A DNA stretch of 64,000 bases from Bacteroidales bacterium (GTDB lineage Bacteria > Bacteroidota > Bacteroidia > Bacteroidales > WCHB1-69), in contig JBGURP010000033.1 of the NCBI GenBank assembly GCA_045132055.1, forward strand, positions 128,806 to 192,805, given 5' to 3'. How positions within the stretch are numbered: position 1 is the first letter of the stretch; each line of letters opens with the position of its first letter. The position numbers and the translations under genes were made by a program. Of the stretch, positions 54,554 to 61,736 are shown piece after piece. The notes below the pieces were generated by a model. It was given only the letters and a program-made list of their open reading frames with translations. It searched no databases and was not told the origin of the DNA.

Positions 54554-54868
54554 TCACATAAACTCATATTGCAAAATCGCCACATTCATCGCGCTTTCCA
54601 GTTTGCATATTGTTTCAAGGGACAGGTTTTCCTCTCCTTTGAGAAGGCGTGAAACATATTGAGGCGAGCACCCCATACGATCTGCAACATCCTGTCTGGA
54701 AAGGTTTTGCTGCTTCATTGCCAACGCAACTTTTATGGCAATCCGACGGGAATATCGCAACCATCCTTTCGATTTGGCATACTGTAAGCGTTCTTCTTCC
54801 ACACGCCAAGCGGAATCCTCCTGCGATTGGTAGCGGCTTAATCTTTCTATCGCTTCTTCTCGGGTCAT
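54554..54868 (-). CDS. XRE-family HTH protein (104 aa), copy 1
   Basis: ...QQNLSRQDVADRMGCSPQYVSRLLKGEENLSLETICKLESAM is an HTH_3 motif. AAGGAGG lies 7 nt upstream of the ATG. Confidence 0.85.
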   Translation of the reverse strand: MTREEAIERLSRYQSQEDSAWRVEEERLQYAKSKGWLRYSRRIAIKVALAMKQQNLSRQDVADRMGCSPQYVSRLLKGEENLSLETICKLESAMNVAILQYEFM

Positions 54869-54942
54869 AAGGCAACCTCCTTTTCATGGTTGTAACGGAC
54901 AGCCCATAAACGTCCATCCTCGATTACCTTGTCAAATGTCAT
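54865..54942 (-). CDS. possible 25-codon upstream ORF (MTFDKVIEDGRLWAVRYNHEKEVAL), ATGA-coupled to the HTH gene
   Basis: The ATG at 54942 lies 26 nt downstream of the tacttttg box. The stop TGA overlaps the HTH ATG. It is too short for the ORF track, and I have no evidence that it is translated. Confidence 0.3.
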   Translation of the reverse strand: MTFDKVIEDGRLWAVRYNHEKEVAL

Positions 54943-54967
54943 ATTTTTTAGTTTTCAGAATTTGCAA

Positions 54968-54975
54968 CAAAAGTA
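54968..54975 (-). promoter_or_regulatory. candidate -7 box (tacttttg) for uORF-HTH, copy 1
   Basis: Reverse complement of caaaagta; identical in copy 2. Confidence 0.5.
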
Positions 54976-54991
54976 ATAAAATTTCCAATGC

Positions 54992-55007
54992 GAAACTTAT
55001 AGGTTTC
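54992..55007. promoter_or_regulatory. inverted repeat GAAAC-N6-GTTTC, candidate operator
   Basis: gaaacttataggtttc lies between the two divergent -7 boxes. It is identical at 57962-57977. Confidence 0.45.
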
Positions 55008-55043
55008 ACATTTTTGTTTTTAAAATTTGAATCGCGTTTTTTC

Positions 55044-55051
55044 TATTTTTG
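55044..55051 (+). promoter_or_regulatory. candidate -7 box (tatttttg) for the WG-repeat/patatin operon
   Basis: 28 nt upstream of ATG 55079. Confidence 0.5.
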
Positions 55052-55078
55052 CAGTAGATTTCATTAATTGACATAGAT

Positions 55079-56464
55079 ATGAAAAAACTCTTCACCATAT
55101 TCCTCATTCTCTGGTGCTTCATCCTTTCGGCGCAGACCGATATCCCGTATGTGTCCGTTGATTTGAAGCAAATAACGCCTTACAATGCTATCTTGAAATT
55201 TCATTCAAATAAGGACTGCCATCATTATTATGTTTATAAAGACAGGGGAAACGAAGTGATTCTTTGGGCAACAGTTTTTGGAATGATACCGGAAGATGTG
55301 GTTTCTTCATTCGGTAATCGTATTGACACAGTAGAGGAAGATTGGACTTCTCATTGGACAGATCTTGATCCCGAACACAACTGTCAAGTTTATGTAGTCC
55401 CTTGTGATGCTGATGATCATCACTATTCTTGTGAAGCGACGAGATTCAAAACTTTTTTCGATGGTGGTCAGGGACGCTCTACCATACAAATATCAAGCAA
55501 TTTCATCACCGATACATCAGCATATATTTTATGTGTACCTAATGAGGAAACAGCAGGATACTATAACGGTATTATACCTTCCGATTGGTTCAACAAGCTG
55601 GGACTTGATTCAGTGTGTCGGCTTATGCAAACCCATGAGATGCTGTACGAGACGGATAGATGGGGGCATCTTTTCCTGAATCGTGGCACCCGTTATGCCG
55701 TTGTTGCGTTTGGAAAAAATGGCAATGGCGAGTTTGGAGACACTACAGTGCACTGGTTTACCACTTTAGGCAAAAAACAGATTGTGGAACAGGATACATC
55801 ACCAGTTATTTTCTATTCGAGCGGTGGTTTTACAGGCTTTATTCCAGAAGACCAATGGCCGCAATATGTTGTGCGAGCATCTGTGGCCGACGGATCCAGA
55901 ATTCTTCAGGAAGTGGGATTGGGAGAAGGGAATATTATACTTGCCACATTGCCTGTAAGCGACTATTTTGTGGATGTTGTCCGCAAATCGGATGGAGGAG
56001 AAGTGTCGGAATTGATGCTGAGTATTAGAAAAGAAGATGTTACGAAAGAGTATTTCAAAGAGAATGACAATTTCGAATGGACAAGATTACGCCAGGATTA
56101 CACTTATGCATTGGGAAATGTAGATGGAACAGCAGTCACCCCTTTTATTTTCACGAAATTGTACTATGTCAATGGGTGTTTTATTGCTAAAACCCATTCT
56201 GGAAACAAATTGTATGATGTCCTGTTAACACCCAAAGGTAAGTATATCATTGGAACAGAAAGAGGATACGATAAGATTATCTATGACTCTTTTTCCGATA
56301 ATCTTTATGTGTTAAAATCAGGGAAAGTCGGGGTTTGCGATATGCACGGCCGGGAAATTGTAAAAGCTGTGTATGATGACATCATAGATATGGAGACCTG
56401 TTATAAAGCATTGAAAGATGGCAAAGAAATTCTTTTGGACAAGTTTGGGAAAATAATCAACTAA
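55079..56464 (+). CDS. exported protein with C-terminal WG/KWG-like repeats (461 aa)
   Basis: Signal peptide MKKLFTIFLILWCFILSA-QT. The C-terminal third has repeats such as YVLKSGKVGVCDMHGREIVKAVYDDI. The N-terminal 300 aa are unrecognised. Confidence 0.7.
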   Translation: MKKLFTIFLILWCFILSAQTDIPYVSVDLKQITPYNAILKFHSNKDCHHYYVYKDRGNEVILWATVFGMIPEDVVSSFGNRIDTVEEDWTSHWTDLDPEHNCQVYVVPCDADDHHYSCEATRFKTFFDGGQGRSTIQISSNFITDTSAYILCVPNEETAGYYNGIIPSDWFNKLGLDSVCRLMQTHEMLYETDRWGHLFLNRGTRYAVVAFGKNGNGEFGDTTVHWFTTLGKKQIVEQDTSPVIFYSSGGFTGFIPEDQWPQYVVRASVADGSRILQEVGLGEGNIILATLPVSDYFVDVVRKSDGGEVSELMLSIRKEDVTKEYFKENDNFEWTRLRQDYTYALGNVDGTAVTPFIFTKLYYVNGCFIAKTHSGNKLYDVLLTPKGKYIIGTERGYDKIIYDSFSDNLYVLKSGKVGVCDMHGREIVKAVYDDIIDMETCYKALKDGKEILLDKFGKIIN

Positions 56465-56466
56465 CT

Positions 56467-57495
56467 ATGGCATATCATTTTAAAAATCTGGTTTTTGAAG
56501 GCGGTGGCGTGAAAGGCATTGCCTACGTGGGCGCGTTGGAAGTGCTCGACAGAGAAGGAATCTTGAACGACATTGAGCGTGTGGCGGGAACCTCCGCCGG
56601 CGCCATGGTGGCGGTCATGGTGGCCTTGCGCTACTCCGCCGAGGAGGTGTTGCAAGTGCTTGGAACACTCAACTTCAGGGATTTCAAGGACAGTTCCAAG
56701 GGCATTCTGCGCGACACCATACGCCTCCTGAAAAATTATGGCTGGTATAAGGGCGACTACTTCCGCGACCTGATGGCCAAGTTGATCGAAAAGAAAACCG
56801 GCAACGGCGAGATGACTTTCGAACAACTGGAGGCGACAGGCCAATACCGCGATCTCTATCTCGTGGGCGCGGATCTGACCACCGGTCTCTCCAAGGTGTT
56901 CAGTGTCCACAACCAGGAGACCAAGACGATGAAAGTGGCGGATGCTGCCCGCATCTCCATGTCCATTCCGCTCTTCTTCGCAGCCGTGCGCGGCGGCAAG
57001 GACAACAAACATCTATTCGTGGATGGCGGCCTGCTGGACAACTATACGGTCAAGACTTTCGACCGGCAGACCTATCTGGCGGACCTGAACAATGCCAGAC
57101 GCACGGAGTACTACGAGAAAATCAACGAGAAGCTCAGGATGCAGCGAAGCACCTCCAGAAACGAGTATGTTTACAACAAGGAGACTCTCGGTTTTCGACT
57201 GGATGCCAAGGAAGACATCGACATGTATCTCACGCATGAGGAAAACTTCAAGGAGATCAAAGGTTTCTTTGACTATACCAAAGCCCTGGTAACCACTCTC
57301 ATCGATTTCCAGACCAATGTACACTTGCACAGCGACGACTGGCAGCGTACGGTCTATATTGATACTTTGGGTGTCAGAGCCATCGATTTTGACATTCCGC
57401 AGGAAAAGAAAGATGCTCTGGTCGAATCGGGGAAACTCTATACCGAGGCCTATTTAGAGTGGTATAACAACGACGAGGAAAAGGCGAACAAGTAG
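56467..57495 (+). CDS. patatin-like phospholipase
   Basis: FEGGGVKGIAY (oxyanion hole), GTSAGA (nucleophile Ser) and VDGGLLDN (catalytic Asp). No signal peptide. Starts 2 nt after the upstream stop. Confidence 0.88.
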   Translation: MAYHFKNLVFEGGGVKGIAYVGALEVLDREGILNDIERVAGTSAGAMVAVMVALRYSAEEVLQVLGTLNFRDFKDSSKGILRDTIRLLKNYGWYKGDYFRDLMAKLIEKKTGNGEMTFEQLEATGQYRDLYLVGADLTTGLSKVFSVHNQETKTMKVADAARISMSIPLFFAAVRGGKDNKHLFVDGGLLDNYTVKTFDRQTYLADLNNARRTEYYEKINEKLRMQRSTSRNEYVYNKETLGFRLDAKEDIDMYLTHEENFKEIKGFFDYTKALVTTLIDFQTNVHLHSDDWQRTVYIDTLGVRAIDFDIPQEKKDALVESGKLYTEAYLEWYNNDEEKANK

Positions 57496-57523
57496 GGGAG
57501 TGCTGTAAAACAGTCTTCCTTAA

Positions 57524-57838
57524 TCACATAAACTCATACTGCAAAATCGCCACATTCAGCGCGCTTTCCAGTTTGCATATTGTTTCAAGGGACAGGTTTT
57601 CCTCTCCTTTGAGAAGGCGTGAAACATATTGAGGCGAACACCCCATTCGATCTGCAACATCCTGTCTGGAAAGGTTTTGCTGCTTCATTGCCAACGCAAC
57701 TTTAATGGCAATCCGACGGGAATATCGCAACCATCCTTTCGATTTGGCATACTGCAGACGCTCTTCCTCCACACGCCAAGTGGAATCCTCCTGCGATTGG
57801 TAGCGGCTTAATCTTTCTATCGCTTCTTCTCGGGTCAT
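57524..57838 (-). CDS. XRE-family HTH protein (104 aa), copy 2
   Basis: Differs from copy 1 by A20T and M->L near the C-terminus, plus 9 synonymous nucleotide changes. Confidence 0.85.
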   Translation of the reverse strand: MTREEAIERLSRYQSQEDSTWRVEEERLQYAKSKGWLRYSRRIAIKVALAMKQQNLSRQDVADRMGCSPQYVSRLLKGEENLSLETICKLESALNVAILQYEFM

Positions 57839-57912
57839 AAGGCAACCTCCTTTTCATGATTGTAATGGACAGCCCATAAACGTCCATCCTCGATTGTCTT
57901 GTCAAATGTCAT
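57835..57912 (-). CDS. possible 25-codon upstream ORF, copy 2 (MTFDKTIEDGRLWAVHYNHEKEVAL)
   Basis: Same geometry as copy 1, with two amino-acid differences and one synonymous change. Confidence 0.3.
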   Translation of the reverse strand: MTFDKTIEDGRLWAVHYNHEKEVAL

Positions 57913-57937
57913 ATTTTTTAGTTTTCAGAATTTGCAA

Positions 57938-57945
57938 CAAAAGTA
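57938..57945 (-). promoter_or_regulatory. candidate -7 box (tacttttg) for uORF-HTH, copy 2
   Basis: Identical to copy 1. Confidence 0.5.
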
Positions 57946-58014
57946 ATAAAATTTCCAATGCGAAACTTATAGGTTTCGTATTTTTTTAGTGAAAAATCGA
58001 ATCGCGTTTTTTTC

Positions 58015-58022
58015 TACTTTTG
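58015..58022 (+). promoter_or_regulatory. candidate -7 box (tacttttg) for the 3-TM protein gene
   Basis: 22 nt upstream of ATG 58044. Confidence 0.5.
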
Positions 58023-58043
58023 CCGCCTGAAAGATTCAATGGT

Positions 58044-58775
58044 ATGAAAAAATCCCACAAGTCAAATTCCGTGACTATCCGCAGAATCCTCGGCATCGCC
58101 GCATTGGTGTGCTGGGCCATCGTCATCGTGCCTTGGATTATTCTGCCAATTGGCGACAGATTGGCGTGGCAGATGCAAAACTGGTCATTGATTCCAGCCT
58201 CTGTTTTCACAACAGTGTATTTTATCCTGTTAACCATTAGGAACAACAAAGACGTTCGTCAGGATGAAAATAAAATTCTATATGGATATGTAATAAGGAA
58301 TTGGTCGGTGTGCTGCATGGCAGTGATAATATGCGTAGCTCTCGTCCTCGTTGCCATATTTAAGGCCGACTATAAGGTGTGGAGCGATGGAAAGTACGTG
58401 ATATATGGCTACAAGGTATCTGACGATGAAAACGGTGGCTTCCGCAGTCCATCGATATTTGTTTTTTACGAACGGAAAGGTATTGTGGATGACAGATTGG
58501 GTATGATTGGTGATATGCGACAATATCTGTTCGATACTGGAGATATGAGTCGGATACGAAAGGTTGATTATACCGTTTACGAACCGCTTGATTTGATAAA
58601 GGAAGAGATGGATTATGTGCCATACGATAGCGACAGTGTGCGGCATCTTACCTCATTTTACCGATTAAGCGACAGAGATTATTACGAACAAATTCAGAAC
58701 GACTCGCTTTTATCGTTGATAAACCAATATAATCTGCGTCAATCTGCGAGTTCTGTGGGAAAAGAAAGTATGTGA
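58044..58775 (+). CDS. 3-TM membrane protein with a soluble C-terminal domain, family not recognised
   Basis: TM helices ILGIAALVCWAIVIVPWIILPI, IPASVFTTVYFILLTI and SVCCMAVIICVALVLVAIF. ATG 58044 is preferred to the TTG at 58020. Confidence 0.65.
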   Translation: MKKSHKSNSVTIRRILGIAALVCWAIVIVPWIILPIGDRLAWQMQNWSLIPASVFTTVYFILLTIRNNKDVRQDENKILYGYVIRNWSVCCMAVIICVALVLVAIFKADYKVWSDGKYVIYGYKVSDDENGGFRSPSIFVFYERKGIVDDRLGMIGDMRQYLFDTGDMSRIRKVDYTVYEPLDLIKEEMDYVPYDSDSVRHLTSFYRLSDRDYYEQIQNDSLLSLINQYNLRQSASSVGKESM

Positions 58776-58786
58776 TCAAAAAAAAT

Positions 58787-59251
58787 ATGGGAGCAACAGA
58801 ATACATTCAAAAACTGGGTCTTGAGCCACATCCGGAAGGTGGCTATTACCGCCAGCTGTTTGGCAACGACGAAACGGGAGAAAAGCCTGTGTCTACCATC
58901 TATTATATGCTGACAGCCAACGAAATGTCGGCATTCCATCGTCTACACAATATGGTGGAAATCTGGTATTTCCATGCCGGAGAGCCGCTCAATATCTATG
59001 TCATTGAGCCCGGCGGGACGCTGACCGTCCACCGTCTTTCCGAGCAGGACGAAATGCAGGTTGTCATTCAGCCGGAGCACTGGTTCGCCGCCGACATCCC
59101 TTCCAAGCGTGGTTTCTCTCTCGTTGGCTGCGCCGTCGGTCCGGCCTTCCGTTTCGAGAACTTTGAATTGGCGAAGAAGTACGAGTTGCTGAAACTTTAC
59201 CCGCAGCACGGAGAGTTGATAGAACGAATGTGTAAGGAAGTTGGTTCGTAG
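58787..59251 (+). CDS. cupin-fold protein (DUF985-like)
   Basis: MGATEYIQKLGLEPHPEGGYYRQLF...SAFHRL...EIWYFHAG. A GTG at 58772 is an alternative start. Confidence 0.75.
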   Translation: MGATEYIQKLGLEPHPEGGYYRQLFGNDETGEKPVSTIYYMLTANEMSAFHRLHNMVEIWYFHAGEPLNIYVIEPGGTLTVHRLSEQDEMQVVIQPEHWFAADIPSKRGFSLVGCAVGPAFRFENFELAKKYELLKLYPQHGELIERMCKEVGS

Positions 59252-59363
59252 GGTATATTTCTATATTTGCACTGGCAAAGCCCCACCAATGGGAAGTGTC
59301 ATATTTTTGCTATGAGACAATTTGATATACTTTTTTTGTCGCACACGGCTCACTAATAATTCG

Positions 59364-59371
59364 TACCTTTG
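59364..59371 (+). promoter_or_regulatory. candidate -7 box (tacctttg) for the LdcA-VanX gene
   Basis: 20 nt upstream of ATG 59391. Confidence 0.5.
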
Positions 59372-59390
59372 CACTCTAAAACGATTAAAC

Positions 59391-61130
59391 ATGAATAGAC
59401 GAAAATTTCTGATACATCTTATTCTCATAGCACTATGCCTCATTATTTTACAACCAGTTGATACCCATGGGCAAGGTACAAAGAATCCCCACAAATGCAC
59501 GGAACCTGCCTATTTGAAAGCGGGTGACAAGGTGGCACTCATCACCCCGTCGTACTATGGCTCGATGGAAAATACCCGTAAGGCGGCCAAGGTGTTGCGC
59601 AGTTGGGGTTTTAAACCGGTCATCGGGCCGAATGTGGGTCGCAAGCACCTGACTCACTACGCCGGGACTGCCGAGGAACGCCTTGCCGACCTTCGATGGG
59701 CACTCAATGATCCTGATATCAAGGCTGTCGTATGTATGCGTGGCGGTTATGGCACTCTGCATCTGGCGGAGGAACTGCCCTTGCAGGAGATGGCTTCGTC
59801 GCCCAAATGGATCGTGGGCTATAGTGACATTACCACGCTGCTGAATATGGAAAACAGTGCCGGCGTGATGGGCATTCACGGTGTCATGGGCTGCAATATC
59901 GGCGGCCGGGGTGGTGCGGACCTCTCCTGCACGCTTGTGCGCGACTTGCTCAAAGGTCAAGTGCCGCGCTATGAACTGCCCGCCAACGCGCTCAATATCC
60001 CCGGCCGGGCCACCGGCATCCTCGTGGGCGGCAATCTGGCCACCTTCGCTCCGCTGCTTGGCACCCAAGCCGACGCCGTTGGCAATACCGATATCATCCT
60101 TTTTGTGGAGGAAGTAGAGGAAACGCACCATAGTATCGACCGTCTTTTCAACATATTGAAAATGAGCGGTGTACTAAATCGTTGCAAAGGTGTTGTTCTG
60201 GGCGGATTTACCGATTGCGAGGACGATCTCGGTTATAGAAGTGTGGAGGCGATGCTGCGTCAATATATTGAACCATACAACATCCCTTTGCTCTGCGGTT
60301 TCCCCGCCGGTCACGAGAAAATGAATCTGCCGCTCGTGATGGGCGCGCCCGTGACCCTGGATGTGCGCACTGACGGCGCCACTCTAACTTTCGATATACC
60401 TGGCACTCAGAAGACAGTGCACACTGCAGGATTGTCAATCCCTGAAACCAGACCCGAAGAGGACGCTAGCCAGTTTGTGAACATTACCGATGTGGTGCCG
60501 GACGCTATTTTGGAGATTCGTTATTATGGTACGTATAACTTTGTGGGTCAGCGTATTGACGGATACGAGCAACCCACTGCCCTAATGACGAAGCGCGCTG
60601 CCGACAGCCTGAAGGCCGTGAGCGACGATGTGATGCGTCTGGGATACCGGCTGAAGATCTACGATGCCTACCGTCCGCAGATGGCCGTTGACCATTTCGT
60701 GCGCTGGGCCGCTGACATTACCGACACGCTGATGCGGCAGTATTTCTATCCTGAGGTGGATAAGAGCTTGTTGTTTGAGCAAGAGTACATTATGGCGAAG
60801 AGCGGTCACACACGCGGTTCCACGGTGGACCTTACCCTTTTCGACATGACCACGGAGAAGGAGGTCGATATGGGCGGCACATTCGACTGGTTCGGAGAGG
60901 AAAGCCACCCCGACTTTGGTGGCAATCCGGAAACGGGCGTTTATTACGGGAAACCGTCTCCGGCAGGCCGGACTATTACCGAGGAGCAGTTCCGCAACCG
61001 CCAGATCCTGCGTGAAGCCATGTTGCGACACGGTTTCAAAGCCCTTGACAGCGAATGGTGGCACTTCACTTTGAAGGATGAACCTTTCCCCGACACGTAC
61101 TTTGAGTTTCCGGTGAAGGAGTTAAAGTAA
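59391..61130 (+). CDS. fusion: S66 LD-carboxypeptidase (LdcA-like) + M15 D-Ala-D-Ala dipeptidase (VanX/DdpX-like), with an N-terminal signal/anchor
   Basis: MNRRKFLIHLILIALCLIILQP. S66 part: GYSDITTL (Ser), FPAGHE (His). M15 part: YDAYRPQ, SGHTRGSTVDLTLFD, SEWWHFTL. Confidence 0.85.
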   Translation: MNRRKFLIHLILIALCLIILQPVDTHGQGTKNPHKCTEPAYLKAGDKVALITPSYYGSMENTRKAAKVLRSWGFKPVIGPNVGRKHLTHYAGTAEERLADLRWALNDPDIKAVVCMRGGYGTLHLAEELPLQEMASSPKWIVGYSDITTLLNMENSAGVMGIHGVMGCNIGGRGGADLSCTLVRDLLKGQVPRYELPANALNIPGRATGILVGGNLATFAPLLGTQADAVGNTDIILFVEEVEETHHSIDRLFNILKMSGVLNRCKGVVLGGFTDCEDDLGYRSVEAMLRQYIEPYNIPLLCGFPAGHEKMNLPLVMGAPVTLDVRTDGATLTFDIPGTQKTVHTAGLSIPETRPEEDASQFVNITDVVPDAILEIRYYGTYNFVGQRIDGYEQPTALMTKRAADSLKAVSDDVMRLGYRLKIYDAYRPQMAVDHFVRWAADITDTLMRQYFYPEVDKSLLFEQEYIMAKSGHTRGSTVDLTLFDMTTEKEVDMGGTFDWFGEESHPDFGGNPETGVYYGKPSPAGRTITEEQFRNRQILREAMLRHGFKALDSEWWHFTLKDEPFPDTYFEFPVKELK

Positions 61131-61174
61131 ATGAACTTTGAACTATGATAATGAACTTTATAACATATTAGGCG

Positions 61175-61699
61175 ATGAACACAAAAACGAAAGACATATA
61201 CCTCGCGGGAGGCTGTTTCTGGGGGACAGAACACTTCTTCAAGCAAGTGGAGGGCGTTGTGGAAACCGAAGTGGGATTTGCCAATGGACATACGGAGAAT
61301 CCTACGTATAAGGAGGTCTATACCGACGAGACGGGCTATGCCGAGACCGTCCGTGTGCGTTACAATCCCGAGGTGGCGAGTTTGGAATTCCTGCTGCAGA
61401 TGTTTTTCAAAGCCATCGACCCTGTGAGTGTGAACAAGCAGGGACACGACGAGGGGACCCGCTACCGTACGGGCATCTATTACACGGACGATGAAGACGT
61501 GCCTGTAATCGACAAAGTATATGCTATGGAACAACAAAAATATGACCAACATTTGGCCGTCGAGAAGCAGCCTCTGGAACGTTTCTACACCGCGGAGGAA
61601 TACCACCAAGATTATCTCGACAAGAATCCCGACGGCTATTGTCATTTGCCCCAATCGCTCTTTGAGTTTGCAAGAAAGGCGAAAGACAAAAAAATATAA
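61175..61699 (+). CDS. msrA: peptide-methionine (S)-S-oxide reductase
   Basis: IYLAGGCFWGTEHFF motif, 174 aa. Confidence 0.92.
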   Translation: MNTKTKDIYLAGGCFWGTEHFFKQVEGVVETEVGFANGHTENPTYKEVYTDETGYAETVRVRYNPEVASLEFLLQMFFKAIDPVSVNKQGHDEGTRYRTGIYYTDDEDVPVIDKVYAMEQQKYDQHLAVEKQPLERFYTAEEYHQDYLDKNPDGYCHLPQSLFEFARKAKDKKI

Positions 61700-61736
61700 T
61701 AGACAAAAATCATTATACCGGATTGGAATTCACGCC

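Larger units (their letters stand above)
54551..55053. repeat. direct repeat copy 1 (~503 bp) carrying the XRE cassette and divergent promoters
   Basis: Colinear with 57521-58023 (offset 2970). I count 15 substitutions and no indels in the first 457 bp. Confidence 0.9.
57521..58023. repeat. direct repeat copy 2 (~503 bp)
   Basis: See copy 1. Confidence 0.9.

Noticed and set aside
59261-59500. 79-aa minus-strand ORF overlapping the LdcA-VanX promoter and start
   Set aside because: It covers the tacctttg box and the signal-peptide region of the plus-strand gene and has no motif. It is a shadow ORF.
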